Positions 25,613 through 38,619 of a stretch of DNA of 64,000 nucleotides are shown here, piece by piece. Numbering within the stretch: the first letter of the stretch is position 1; the number at the start of each line of letters is the position of its first letter. The notes beneath the pieces are model-generated. The model was not told the origin of the DNA and did not search any database. It saw nothing but the letters and a program-made list of their open reading frames with translations. Origin of the DNA: Octopus sinensis (Eukaryota). Location: assembly GCF_006345805.1 (NCBI RefSeq), contig NC_043005.1:56730001-56794000 (forward strand), given 5' to 3'. A program made the position numbers and the translations under genes.

Positions 25613-26984
25613 CTACAAGTGAAAAGAGGACCGGATTAGTAAAGAGGGAGACATACAAAGAAAAATTTGGTAAAGAGAAAGATGAAAAATTGAAAAGGAA
25701 TAGCTAGAGATTAAATAGACAAAACAAGAAACTATGACATTACAACCAGCCAGGAACAGTCTTCGCTACATTTGCGGCACCTGCCAGAGGGAGTGTTTGT
25801 CCAGGATAGGACTACACAGCCACAGCAGGAAATGTATTAGGACATGAAATGTAAAAGCCGGACTAGACTATTTTATGTGCAACTCCATTGTCTCCTGAGA
25901 CAAAAAGGATGCCAACCAATATACAAACATAAAGGAAGACAAGCAGAGAGGCAGAAGAGACTACAAAAGAGAGTGAGAGGATTCATTGTGGCTATATTCC
26001 ATAATCTGCCATATATATGCTATAACACCTCACCTGTGAGGTTATAAAATTTCACCTGTGAGGCTCACAATATCTTCAGAACAGATTTTAACACCTCTTT
26101 GTCTCTTCTTTTGTATTGTCTTTTTGTTGCTTTTAGAATTGTCCAACACATAGTGCTCTATGAACCCCATTTCATGCCCATCACAGTGCAGATAGGAAAC
26201 CAATTTCAAGTCAGTGTTTCACTCACACTACCAAAATAGACATTGTGCACCCAATGAACCAAAGTGAAGTGAAATAGTGATCTCAAAATATAAAGCTGAA
26301 GTTGTCTGTGTATGGCAGGTTTGGTAGCCTTCAACTAACACTATCTCCTCTGAGACCCTGCAGCGCAAGTTGACCAAAATTGAGAGTATGATAGAAGAAG
26401 GCTTGCTCTTCATTCCATAGAAGAAAAAATTCAAATCGGACCATGTTAACACCAAAAATTATTTACATCAAAAAGGTGCTTTTTTTCTATGAAAATCCCT
26501 ACTTTTTACGATTTTTTGACTGCTGTGTCACCATTTTTCGGTGTATTTCAACCAGAAAAATGTTCACTTAAAGAGAATAACAAGCTACATAATGCAAAAT
26601 TTTTACCTTTCAAAAATTCCAATTCTAAAGGGTCGAAACAAACCCGAGCAACACCGGGCAATCCTGCTAGTAAAACATAAAAGGACCAGACACAAAGTAG
26701 ATAGACAGTAAAATATAAGGGAATGGGGAAGAGTGTGGCAGAAGACGGAAAGAGAAAGTAAAATATAAAGGAACAAAGAAGACAGTGAGAGAGAGAAAGA
26801 AAGAGAGTATGATATAAGGAAATAGAAGAGAAAGGAAGAGTAGGAGGAGAGAGAGAATGAATAAAATATAAGGGAACACAAGAGAGTAAGAGGGGAAGAA
26901 ATACATAAAGGAACAAGAGGAGTGAGAAAGAGATACAGTAAAATATAAGGGATCAGAAAAGAGAGACAGAGAGAGAGACAAAAA

Positions 26985-27290
26985 TCATCATCATCATCAT
27001 CATCGTTTAACGTCCGTTTTCCATGCTGGCATGGGTTGGACGGTTCAACTGGGGTCTGGGAAGCCAGAAGGCTGCGCCAGGCCCAGTCTGATCTGGCCGG
27101 GTTTCTACAGCTGGATGTCCTTCCTAACGCCAACCACTCTGTGAGTGTAGTGGATGCTTTTTATGTGCCACCTGCACAGGTGCCAGGGGAGGCTGGCAAA
27201 CGGCCACAATCGGTTGGTGCTTTTTACGTGCCACCGGCACAGGGGCCAGGCGAGGCTGGCAACGGCCACAATTGGATGGTGCTTTTTACG
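26985..27290 (-). mobile_element. RTE-tail SINE-like copy
   Basis: Reverse complement of the 1700-2036 family. Confidence 0.75.
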
Positions 27291-27695
27291 AGAGAGAGAG
27301 TAAAATGTAAGGAAACAGTAGAGAAAGGAAGAAAGAGAGAGAGAGAGAGTGAAATTTAAGGGAAAAATGAGAGAGAGAAAGGGTGAGAGATATAATAAAA
27401 CATAAGTGAACAGAAGATAATAAGAGAGAAGAAACAATAAAATATGATGGAACAGAAGTACAGGGAAGAGAGATACATTTAAAATATAATAGAAGTGGAG
27501 GGAGGAGGAAGAGAGTGAATGAAGTATAAGTGAGTAGGGGAGCGGTAAAGACAGAAAAGAGAGAGGGTAATATGAGAGAGAGAGAAAATAATTAAATAAA
27601 ACAAGAAACCTTACAAGAGACAGACATAATGAATCAGAATAAATTTCATCATCATTATTGTCGCTGCCAACATCACTAACATTATCATTACTTAC

Positions 27696-27897
27696 CTGTG
27701 AGGTTGAGTTGTTCCACAGTGATGTTGACCTGCTGTGAAGTGTCCATGGGTATCTGTTGGGACCCTATTGTGATGTGCTGGCCATCAACCGACAGGGATG
27801 TAGGGATCTGGATTCGAGCTTCTGTCGTCCCTGTTGACGTTGCAATGGTTAATGCCTGCTCAATCATGGTAACTTCACATTTCTGCTTTTGATGTTC
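27696..27897 (-). CDS. C2H2 zinc-finger gene, internal exon
   Basis: cag|GAACATCAAAAG...ACAG|gtaagt, 202 bp, phase 0 to 1; EHQKQKC completes the finger begun in the previous exon. Confidence 0.85.
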
Positions 27898-27914
27898 CTG
27901 TCAAAAGTGAGAGG

Positions 27915-27956
<42 letters not shown>

Positions 27957-28039
27957 AAAAAAAGAAAACAAATTATATCACTTGGCCAATGAATAACATA
28001 ATGATAAATCTTCAGATTTCCTAGAGGGTCCTAACTTTG

Positions 28040-28640
28040 GAATATTCTTTTCTACTCTAGGCACAGGGCCCGAAATTTATTTGGCAGGAGGGGGGCCAGT
28101 TGATTAGATCATCTCCATTATGCAACTGGTACTTAATTTATAGACCCCGAAAGGATGAAAGACAAAGTCTACCTCGGTGGAATTTGGACTCAGAACATAA
28201 AGACAGACAAAATACCTATTTCTTTATTACCCACAAGGGGCTAAACACAGAGAGGACAAACAAGGACAGACAAACGGATTAAGTCGATTACATCGACCCC
28301 AGTGAGTGACTGGTACTTATTTAATCGACCCTGAAAGGATGAAAGGCAAAGTTGACCTCGGCGGAATTTGAACTCAGAACATAGCGACAGACAAAATACC
28401 AATAAGCATTTCGGCCGGCATGCTAACGTTTCTGCCAGCTCACCACCTTCTAACTTTGGAATATTGACATAGACACAAGTATGGCTGAATGGTAAGAAGC
28501 TTGCTTCCCAACTACATGGTTTGGAGTTCAGTCTCACCGTGTGGCACCTTGGACAAGTGTCTTCTACTATAGTCTCAGGCCGACCAAAGCCTTGTGAGTG
28601 GATTTGGTAAATGGAAACTGAAAGAACCCCATTGTATATA
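28040..28640. mobile_element. Cluster of tRNA-SINEs (two families)
   Basis: gaccccgaaaggatgaaaggcaaag...gaactcagaac copies, then a ggctgaatggtaagaagcttgcttccc head. Confidence 0.75.
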
Positions 28641-30099
28641 TTATTTTATTCTTTTACTTGTTTCAGTCATTTGACTGTGACCATGCTAGAGCTCTGCTTT
28701 GAAGGATTTCAGTCAAACAAATCAACCCCAGGACCTTTTTTTTTTGAGTTATGGAGATGTAAACGCACCAACACCAGTTGTCAAGCAGTGATGAGGAGAC
28801 AAACAGAGACAGAAACACACACACACATAGATATATACATACGCACGTACAAATATGCACACACACACAAACACATACAACAGGCTTCTTTCAATTACCA
28901 TATACCAAATCCACGCTTTAGTCAGCCCGAGGCTATAGTAGAAGACACTTGCCCAAGGTGCCGTGCAGCGGGACGGAATCCAGAACCATGTTGTTGGTAA
29001 ACAAGCTTCTTAAGACATGGCAATACTTCTACCTATATGCATGTGTGTCTGTGTTTGTCCCCCTCACCACCACCACCACCACTGCTTGCCAACTAGTGCT
29101 AGTGTGTTTACATCCCCGTAATTTAGCAGTTCAGCAAAAGACACTGATAGGATGAGTACAGGCTTTAAAATAATAAGTACAGAGGTCAATACATTTGGCT
29201 AAAAATTCTTTGAGGCAGTGCTCTAGCATGGCCACAGTCTAATTACAGAAACAGTTAAAACAGAAGAGATAAAAGATACCAGGTAACAGTACTAACCACC
29301 AACCTATATTATTAATTTTTTTATAACTTGCTTTGTTTTGACTTTAAACAAAAAATAAATGAAATCATTTATATATATCAGACAATGCTTCTTCAAAACT
29401 ACATTACTCTATAATGATAAATAATGGCAACAACAACAACACTTTCTGATTTAGATACAATGCTAACAATTTAGATGGGAGGAGGTCTTGGCTGGAATCA
29501 CTGACTCCAGTAACAATTTGGTACTTTTTCATTGAGCCCAAAAAGACAGAAAACAAAGTCAACCTTAGAAGAACATTGGCAGAAGGTTGCACATTTGGGG
29601 AGTGGGGTTTGTCAGTTAAAGTGACCCCTGTACTTGACTCGGACTTTGTTTTATTAATGCTAGAAAGACAAAAGTCAAAACTGACTTTGGCAAGATTTGA
29701 ACTTAGAACATAAAGAGCTGGAACAAATACTTCAAAAGCTTTTTGTTCAATACTCAAATGTCTCTGCCAATTCATCCAAAAGTTTCTTTTGACTAAACAA
29801 AAGATTGTTTGTAATTTGTAATGTGGCTGATAGGAAATGTGCAGAAATCTGTTTTTTTTTTTTGTTTTTTTTTGTTGATGATGCTGTTGTTGTTGTTTGT
29901 GTGTGTGTGTACGTGCATGTGTGTAAAAAAGGAGGTGGGCTGTAAAGTTCATATGCTGACTATGAAGGTGTGATTCTAGAGTTGTGAAATCATGCATGCA
30001 TTAATTACAACTCCTTTTATTAATAACTGCATTGTTTCTTCCCAGGTAAACTGACATTTGACTGTTCAAAGAAGACTTCAAAAGTAACAAGTAGTGACT

Positions 30100-30620
30100 T
30101 CTCTTGAAAATTGACAAAATTTGGAATTGTGGCATTATCAGGTACCTGCAGAAAAAGGGTTTAGCCCCCAGCAACATTTATGCTGACATGGTTGCTACAT
30201 TACGGAAGGACACCCAGCTTTATCAACAATGCAAAAGTGGGTAGAGGAGAAGGGAAAACCTTGAAGATGACACCACCCTCCACTAAGACCTTGATCATGC
30301 TCACCACATGGTGATAAATGACAGGCATTTGACTATAAATCAAATAGCCAATGCTATAAGCATATTCCATGAAAGAGTTGAGAATAACCTGCACAATGAA
30401 CTTGGCATGATGGAAGTTTCTGTTCAATAGGTGCCATATCTTCTGATACCTGATCAAAATGGCACTAGGCTGATCACACCACAGAAAAATCTGACATTGT
30501 CTGAGGCAGATCCAGCTGGTTTCCTAGAATGTTTCCTAACCCAGGATGAGTGTTGGGTTCATCACTTTGAGCCAGAAACAAAGACAATCTGTGTAGCTGA
30601 AACACCTCTCCTCACTTACT
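30100..30620 (+). mobile_element. Mariner transposase remnant
   Basis: IRYLQKKGL..., LEDD.P, degenerate WVP motif, FLTQDECWVHHFEPETK. Confidence 0.75.
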
Positions 30621-30744
30621 CTAAAGAAGACCATGGTAAAATTCCCGATGGTCAGACATGTTTTTGCAAAATTTTAGATATGAATATTGATTTTAAATTT
30701 TGGCCACAAGGCCAGCAATTTCAAAGGAGGAGGTAAAATGATTG

Positions 30745-31155
30745 CATCCTCCACAGTACTCAACTGGTACTTATTTTATTGACCCTAAAGGGATGAAAAG
30801 CAAACTTGACCTCAGCGGAATTAGAACTCAGAATGTGAAGATGGATGAAATATTTATTTCCTTATTGCCCACAAGGGGCTAAACATAGAGGGGGCAAACA
30901 AGGACAGGCAAACGGATTCAGTCGACTATATCGACCCCAGTGCATAACTGGTACTTATTTAATCGATGCCAAAAGGATAAAAGGCTAAGTTGACCTCGGT
31001 GGAGTTTGAACTCAGAACGTAACGGCAGACGAAATACCGCTAAGCATTTCGCCCAGCGTGCTAATGTTTCTGCCTGCTCGCCGCATTAAGATGGATGAAA
31101 TACTGTTAAGCATTTCACCTGGCATGCTAATGATTCTGTCACCTCACCACCTTAC
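30745..31155 (-). mobile_element. tRNA-SINE dimer/trimer
   Basis: Same family as 32120-33172. Confidence 0.7.
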
Positions 31156-31241
31156 TGGAAATGAATATTGGCAATGAATAATGGAAGTGAAGTTGAAAAC
31201 AAAAAAGAAGCAATAAAAAAATTTAAAAAAGAGAGACTTAC

Positions 31242-31398
31242 AATGAGTAAACTTTCATTATGGAAAGTCTGACTACATTTATCACAATCCAAGGTTTTCA
31301 GATCAGAGTGCTTCCTCTCAATATGTTTCCGAATGTCCGTGAACGTGTAACCGAAGAAATCGCAAACTCCACATTTGTAATCTCGTTGACCTTTATGT
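31242..31398 (-). CDS. C2H2 zinc-finger gene, internal exon
   Basis: cag|ACATAAAGG...ATT|gtaagt, 157 bp, phase 2 to 0; YKCGVCDFFGYTFTDIRKHIERKH and CDKCSQTF. Confidence 0.9.
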
Positions 31399-31647
31399 CT
31401 GCTCAATGAAAGTGGCAGTGGAGAGAGTGAGAGAGAGAAATAAAGAGAAAATAAGAAGTGGAAGATACTTTTTGCATGGTCCGGGACTCCAAAGTGGGTC
31501 CAAGAACCAGTAGGGAACAACTGTTACAAAATAAGGCATTAAAAAACTGTTATGGATAAGTAGTTAACACGTGGCACCAAAGTCTTTCAACCATGAAGGA
31601 AAGAATAACACATTGCATCTTTTCACAGCTGAATGCTTAAATCATAC

Positions 31648-31767
31648 CTTTTGACATGTAGCTCTTTGTTCTTTATGTGTCGGAATGCTTTTCCACAGAC
31701 CTCACAGATGTGCTTCGGTTCATCATGTATGAGAACATGTTTGGAGATGTCTGACCTTTCACAACCT
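31648..31767 (-). CDS. C2H2 zinc-finger gene, most 5' exon found
   Basis: cag|AGGTTGT...AAAAG|gtatga, 120 bp, phase 2 to 2; SDISKHVLIH.EPKHICEVCGKAFRHIKNKELHVKR. Confidence 0.9.
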
Positions 31768-32119
31768 CTGAGAAGACAAACGGAAAAATTGTTGTTAGCA
31801 TTATAAATCATAACAAACCTTAGTCCCTTTATTAACAACCCAACTGAGGCTATATCATGATATCTCTAATATTAAAACATTCCAAGGCAACATTCAAACT
31901 CAGAATGTTAAAAACCAGAGACAGTATAACATTGTATCTCTTTCTACTGTTCTAATGGTTCTGCCAACTGTTTCTAATTTAGACATAATCCCATGAATTT
32001 TCAGGTAATGGGGTTAATCAGTTACATCAATCACAGTACTTGGCTGGTTCTTTATTTTATTAATACCAGAAGGATGCAAGACAAAGCAAACATTAGCAAA
32101 TAATAATAATAAAAATAAG

Positions 32120-33172
32120 AGTAATAATAATCCTTTTTACTACAGGCACAAGGCCTGGAATTTTGGGGAATGGAGAAAATCGATTACATTGACCCTAGTG
32201 TTTCACTGGTACTTAATTTATTGACCCCAAAAGGATGAAAGGCAAAGTCGACCTCGGCGGAATTTGAACTCAGAACTTAAAGATAGACAAAATGCTGCTA
32301 AGCACTGTGCCTAGCGTGCTAATGATTCTGCCACCTTGCCACCTTTAATAATTTCTACTTAAGGCACAAGTACTCAACTGGTATTTATTTTATCAACCCT
32401 GAGAGAATGAAAGGCAAAGTCAACCTTGGCAGAATTTGAACTCGACACATCAAGATAGACGAAATGCTACTATGCATTTTGCCTGGTATGCTAACAATTC
32501 TGCCTGCTCGCCACCTTAATAATAATAATAATAATAATCCTTTCTACTATAGGTACAAGGCCTGAAATTTAGGGGAGAGGACTAGTCAATTACATCGACC
32601 CCAGTGTTTCACTAGTACTTAATTTATCGACCCCAAAAGGATGAAAGGCAAAATCAACTTCAGTGGAATTTGAACTCTGAACGTAACAACAGACGAAACA
32701 CCACTAAGTATTTTGCCTGGTATGCTAACAATTCTACCAGCACGCCACCTTAACAGGAATAATAATAATAATCCTTTCTACTGAAGGCACAAGGCCTTGA
32801 AATTTTGGAGGAGGGGACTAGTCAATTACATCAACCCCAATGTTTCACTGGTACTTAATTTATCGACCCCGAAAGAATAAAAGGCAAAGTTAACCTCAGC
32901 AAAATATGAACTCAGAACATAGCAGCAGACGAAATACCTATTTCTTTATTACTCACAAGGGGCTAAACACAGAGAGGACAAACAAGGACAGACAGATGGA
33001 TTAAGTCAATTATATCGACCCCAGTGCGTAACTGGTACTTATTTAATCGACCCCGAAAGGATGAAAGGCAAAGCTGACCTCGGTGGAATTTGAACTCAGA
33101 ACGTAGTGGCAGACGAAATACTGCTAAGCATTTCACCTGGCATGCTAACAATTTTGCCAGCTCACCACCTTA
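32120..33172 (-). mobile_element. Head-to-tail array of about five tRNA-SINE copies separated by (TAA)n
   Basis: Repeated cctttctact..aggcacaaggcc...ccaccttaataat units; the minus strand carries A-box-like and B-box-like (GAGTTCAAATTCC) motifs. Confidence 0.85.
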
Positions 33173-33189
33173 GTAATAATAAAGATGAT

Positions 33190-34030
33190 AGTAATAATGG
33201 CTGTTATAAGATTAGAGCAATTAACAAGTGGGCTGTTGCTTTGATGAGATATGGGGCAAGGAATAGTATCTTGGAAGAAGCATGAATTACAAGAGATAGA
33301 CCAGAGAACATGTAAATTAAGGACAATGAACAAGGAACTACACTCCAAGAGTGATGTGTCAAGATTGTATGTAAAGAGAAGGGAGGGAGGATAGGGATTA
33401 GTGTGTTGTGAAGGTTTCATAAGGGAAGAAAAAAATAGCCTGGTCTGGTATGTCAAGGGAAATAAAGAAGAAATGATTGAAGCAGTAAAAATGTAGGGAA
33501 CCTTAAAAGTGAACAAAGCCATACATCCAATACAATTTTAAAAAGACAAGAGAGAGCAGATGAAAAGAATTTGGCAGGACAAGAAAATACACAGTCGGTG
33601 CTTGAAGAATAAAGATGAGATTGATTGGAATAGAACCTGGAAATGGCTGCAGAAAAGAGACTTAAAAGGGCCCACTGAGGCATTAGTGTGCAGCACTCGA
33701 GAACAAGCTCTCAGAACCAACTACTCCAAATAACACATTGATAAAAGCACTAGGATGTGCTCTGAGAAGTGAGAAAGTATAAGCCATATTGTTAGTGAGT
33801 GCTGTAAGCTTGCACAACGTGAATATAAAAGGAGACACAACAATGTGGCCAGATATGTCCACTGACTGTTGTGCAGTAAAGCAAACTTCGAGAGAGCCAA
33901 ACAATGCTATGAACACAAGCCAGAGAGGGTAATGGAAAACGAACATTACAAAATACTCTGGGATTTTAACATGCAGTGCAGCCAAGTCATAGAGGTGAAA
34001 CAACCAGATATCTTGACTCATCCATAAAGA
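33190..34030 (+). mobile_element. R4/Dong-like non-LTR element 3' fragment (zinc knuckle + restriction-like endonuclease), degenerate
   Basis: AINKWAVALMRYG, DVSRLYVKRREGG.GL, ESISHIVSEC.KLAQREYKRRHNNV, KILWDFNMQC......QPDI across stops and frameshifts. Confidence 0.75.
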
Positions 34031-34050
34031 TGAAAAAGAAATAAAAATAA

Positions 34051-34880
34051 TATTGGGTTGGCAACTAAGTTCCCACCGTTGTTTTTTAATTTTGGAATTT
34101 ATTACGTTTTTAAATTTTGGAATCTATTTTTTTTCAAGAATTCTATTTTTGAATCATTTTTTAATCTATTTTGTTTTTTTGTTTTTTTCTAGTTAATTTT
34201 GGTTAATTTTTGTTTATTTTTAGATCATTAAAATGGAATGTCAAGTTAAGAAAGACGAGCATTTTCGACATCGCCTTCTTTTTGCTTTTAATCAAGGTTC
34301 TAAGGCCGCAAAAGCTGCTCGTGACATTTGTGCTGTGTATGGAAAGGGTGCCATAGCTGAAAGAACCACTCGTGATTGGTATGCCAAGTTCAAAAGTGGA
34401 AATTTTGATCTCAAAGACGCACCTCGTTCTAGTCGTCCAGATGAGTTTGATGAAAAACGATTAAACCAAATTTTGCACAAAAATTCTCATCAAACGACAA
34501 AGGAACTGGCAGAGAAAATGGAATGATCCCACACTGCTATAGAGAAGCATCTTCACTCGATGGGAAAGGTTCAGAAGTATGGAGCATGGGTTCCGCCTGC
34601 TTTAAGTGACAACAACAAAAATCAACGAGCCACAATCTCCACTGGTTTGCTTGCTCGTCACCACTCAATTCATGGACACAAGCAAGGATTTCATTACCAA
34701 ATTGTTACTGGCGACAAAAAATGGTGCCTGTACATCAATATGAAGCAGCATAAGGAATGGCTTAACCTCAGTAAACAAGCAATACCACGCGTGAAACAAG
34801 ATCTTCATCCGCATAAAATGATGTTGTGCGTATGGTGGGACTGGGAAGGATTATCCATTACGAATTGCTTGAATGGAACC
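34051..34880 (+). mobile_element. Mariner element, 3'-truncated
   Basis: TA + ttgggttggcaactaagttccc TIR; MECQVKKDEHFRHRLLFAF, WVPPAL, IVTGDKKW, KMMLCVWWDWEG. Confidence 0.88.
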
Positions 34881-35449
34881 AAACGATGTCTGTTGAGGAG
34901 AGACATTCAGGCCAGTTTTGTTTGAGGATCTCTTTCTCAATTTGTTTCCAGTTTGCCTTATGGTAGTTCAAGCTGGAAAGATTCTGAGGGTTTCTTGTAG
35001 GCTGCATGTCCGTGCTCCCTGATGGAGTAGCAGGCACTGGCTTTCATGGCTTTTGATCTTAACTGATTGGAAATGCTATCATATACATGCTTTGTCTTGG
35101 TATACATGATGGACTACAGCAAATATTCTGCTCTATACCATAGATTTGATTGTTAGTTGCTTAACCATAACCAGTCAAGCACATATTGTCAGCCCTTAAT
35201 GGCTTTGGGGTTTGAATAATTCACTTCTCGAAATATGGGTGTTTCATTTATCATCCTTAAACAAACCTTATTGCAGGACCTTTTGAGCAGGATGGGCTAC
35301 TTAACCTTAAGAAAATTCTAACTGGGCCCCACCTGCAGTCATGCACTGTTTATCTTGATATGAGATCACCAAGTCACACACATATGGTTGTGACGCATGT
35401 GCCTAGTGTACCTTTATCAGATGAGGAGTCAAGATTGGTATATTGGGCT

Positions 35450-36317
35450 TCGTATATTTGATAATGATAATGGTCTCAAATTTTGGCCCGTACATGGTCA
35501 GCTCTACCATGCTGTGATCCGAGAGTAGTGTCGGTGTCACTTTCACATTATGGATGAGATCCATATTATTTGTGAAGCAGAGATCCAGTGTGTTACTTGC
35601 CCTGGTTGGTTGAAGTATTACTTGCTCCATGTACAGGGTGTTGATGAGGTTCAGGAGGGACCTCGCCTGTCCTCGTTCACATCTTGTCATTCCTGGGAGA
35701 GAAAGGCCCTCGGGTCATCTGACATTGGGTAGATTGAAGTCTCCCATGAGAAGTACACTTATGTGTTGTTCTAATGTGATTAGAACTTATTCTATTTTTA
35801 TAAGGCAGTCTTCAAACTTGCCTACATGGCTTGGGGCATCTGGAGGGCGATATGTAGCACACACAACTACATCAAGTTGCCTTATATGTACAATTAGTGT
35901 GTCACACACCGAGTTTGAGTAAGACAAAAGGACCTGGGGTGTGAGGTCCTCACGGATGTACATAGCAACTCCTCCATGACTCCTTTCTTTTCTGTCGGTC
36001 CGTAGTACAATATACTGTGGTATGTGTAATTCCGCATCTGCTATGTCCGGTTTCAGGTGCGTTTCCGTAAGTGCTAGGCATAAGGCTTGATTGCATGCAA
36101 CAAAGTCTCTCAAGAACGGGATTTTTGTTCTGTTGCTGAGTGTTTGCAGTCCTCTGATGTTCAGTAGGAGCATCGAGGTGAGGTGTATGTTGTTGCCGGC
36201 GGTGTCCATCTTGGGTCTGTTTGCTGTGGTGGTCTTGTATATTGTGGGTAGTCCCACCTGCGAGCTTGGGTTTGATGAAGCCAGGTTAGCTGCTGTACAA
36301 TCTTTTGTGCCATGCAC
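35450..36317 (-). mobile_element. LINE ORF2 APE endonuclease domain (CR1/L2 group)
   Basis: LLNIRGL, LALTETHL, RSHGGVAMYIRE, MGDFNLP, PTR..NTLDL.FTN, SDH. Confidence 0.9.
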
Positions 36318-36714
36318 AAAAAAGATTCTTGCTCAGCAGCTGCCCTTTCAACAACATCATGTTGGCGGTTTGTGGCACGCACCACATCTGCGTACCTCCG
36401 TTTTGGGGCAGGTGGTGCGTGGTCCATCCCTTTTCCTTTTGTTGATGGTTTGTTTCTTATCTGTTTCGTGTCTCTGCGGCAGGGTCCCCGATGTGCAAAG
36501 CGGCAGCCTGCATCTTCCTCTCGATGCCAGCAGGTACCTCTCAGGTAGAACCTACACACCCATGTGCGCTGTTTGTTTCCATCCTTTGTGGTTCCACTTC
36601 TATTCCTGGCTGTTTCACCCTTTGGTCCTGCTTGAGCTTTTCCTTTAGTTCTTTTAGTCCTTCTTTTAGTTCTTCCTCCCTCTATTTCTTCCTTGGGTTC
36701 TTCATCTCCATTCA
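36318..36714 (-). mobile_element. LINE ORF1 region with a CCCH zinc finger
   Basis: Basic K/R/E-rich stretch then CRFYLRGTCWHREEDAGCRFAH. Confidence 0.6.
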
Positions 36715-37500
36715 GACGGTTTCTGTTGCGCTCCTGCGACCGGGTGTTGAGGTTTATTGCTCGGATCCTCTACGGTTGATCATGGGTATTTTCCGAGCCT
36801 CCTCCCCACGCCCCCGTTTGTCAGCGCGCATTTTTTTCTCGATATTTGTTGTATACACATTGCATGAGAAGTATTTAGACGGTTTCTGTTGCGCTCCTGC
36901 GACCGGGCGTTGAGGTTTATTGCTCGGATCCTCAACGGTTGATCGTGGGTATTTTCCGAGCCCCCTCCCCACGCCCCCGTTTGTCAGCGCGCATTTTTTT
37001 CTCGATATTTGTTGTATACACATTGCATGAGAAGTATTTAGACGGTTTCTGTTGCGCTCCTGCGACCGGGCGTTGGGGTTTATTGCTCGGATCCTCAACG
37101 GTTGATCGTGGGTATTTTCCGAGCCCCTTCCCCACGCCCTCGTTTGTCAGCGCGCATTTTTTTCTCGATATTTGTTGTATACACATTGCATGAGAAGTAT
37201 TTAGACGGTTTCTGTTGCGCTCCTGCGACCGGGTGTTGAGGTTTATTGCTCGGATCCTCTACGGTTGATCGTGGGTATATTCCGAGCCCCCTCCCCACGC
37301 CCCCGTTTGTCAGCACGCATTTTTTTCTCGATATTTGTTGTATACACATTGCATGAGAAGTATTTAGACGGTTTCTGTTGCGCTCCTGCGACCGGGTGTT
37401 GAGGTTTATTGCTCGGATCCTCTACGGTTGATCGTGGGAATTTTCCGAGCCCCCTCCCCTCCCACCCCCGTTTGTCAGCGCGCTTTTTTTTCGTCATATT
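36715..37500 (-). repeat. Five 163-bp tandem monomers at the LINE 5' end
   Basis: gacggtttctgttgcgctcc restarts at 36715, 36878, 37041, 37204 and 37367. Confidence 0.95.
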
Positions 37501-37581
37501 CCCTCAATATACGATGCCTTACACCTGTTACACATATTTTTTTCCATTTTTGCCACATGGGCGTTGATCTATATTTTAACC

Positions 37582-38610
37582 ATATATATCTATATATATA
37601 AAACTCTAGTTGTGTGAGTGTCTGTCCCCTTCGATTTAGATTCCTAACTCCTCCCACATTTTGCGGTGCAGTTTAACCAAATTCGGGTATCTTATAGTCG
37701 TGATTCATATCGAGCCCGTCTGCCTATTAGCGCGCGTCAACGATGAGTCTACGATTTAAAAAATAATTTAACATAATTTTTTATTCCATTTTAATGCATA
37801 AAATGCATCGTGTGTCGATGGCGGCGGAGTTGGCGTCCACGCTCACAGCTGCACCTGTTTGCTTCTCCCCCTTCCCTCCCTCGTGAAGCTGTGGGGAAAG
37901 GAGTGTAAAGAAATCAACGTCGTAATGCGTTGTGAAGGAAACCAGCGTTCTTTTAGAACAACGACTTCATGGCTTGAAGACACCAAAACAAAAATGGCTA
38001 AGAAAGCTCGAATTTATAAGGGAAGTAACTCTCTAAAAATGCTTATATAGTTATTTCCCTTACAAACCCGAGCAACGCTAATTTATATATATATATATTT
38101 ATATATATACTAGCAGTATCGCCCGGCGTTGCTCGGGTTTGTAAGGGAAATAACTATATAAGCATTTTTAGAGAGTTACTTCCTTTATAGATGCCAATTC
38201 GGGCTTTCTTAGCCATTTCTGTTTTGGTGTCTTCAAGCCATGAAGTCGTTGTTCTAAAAGAACGCTGGTCTCCTTGACAACGCATTACGACGTTGATTTC
38301 CTTACACTCCCTTCCCAACAGCTTCACGAGGGAGGGAAGAAGGGGGAGAAGCAAACACAGGTGCAGGTGTGACCATGGACGCCAACTCCGCCGCCATCGA
38401 CACACGAAAAATTATGCATTAAAATGTATAAAAAATGATATTAAATTATTTTTAAAATCGTTGACTCATCGTAGACGCGCTCTAATAGCTAGACGGGCTC
38501 GATATTAATCACGACTATAAACTGCACCGCAAAATGTGGGAGGAGTTAGGAATCTAAATCGTAGGAGACAGACACTCACACAACTACAGTTTTATATATA
38601 TAGATATATA
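37582..38610. mobile_element. Head-to-head inverted pair of Helitron-like elements (~500-bp arms, 47-bp spacer)
   Basis: Arm 37582-38078 is the reverse complement of 38126-38610. Confidence 0.88.
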
Positions 38611-38619
38611 TAATAGCGT

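Noticed and set aside
36715-37500. Regular repeats suggesting a CRISPR-like array
   Set aside because: Contiguous 163-bp units without unique spacers, in a eukaryotic LINE context.
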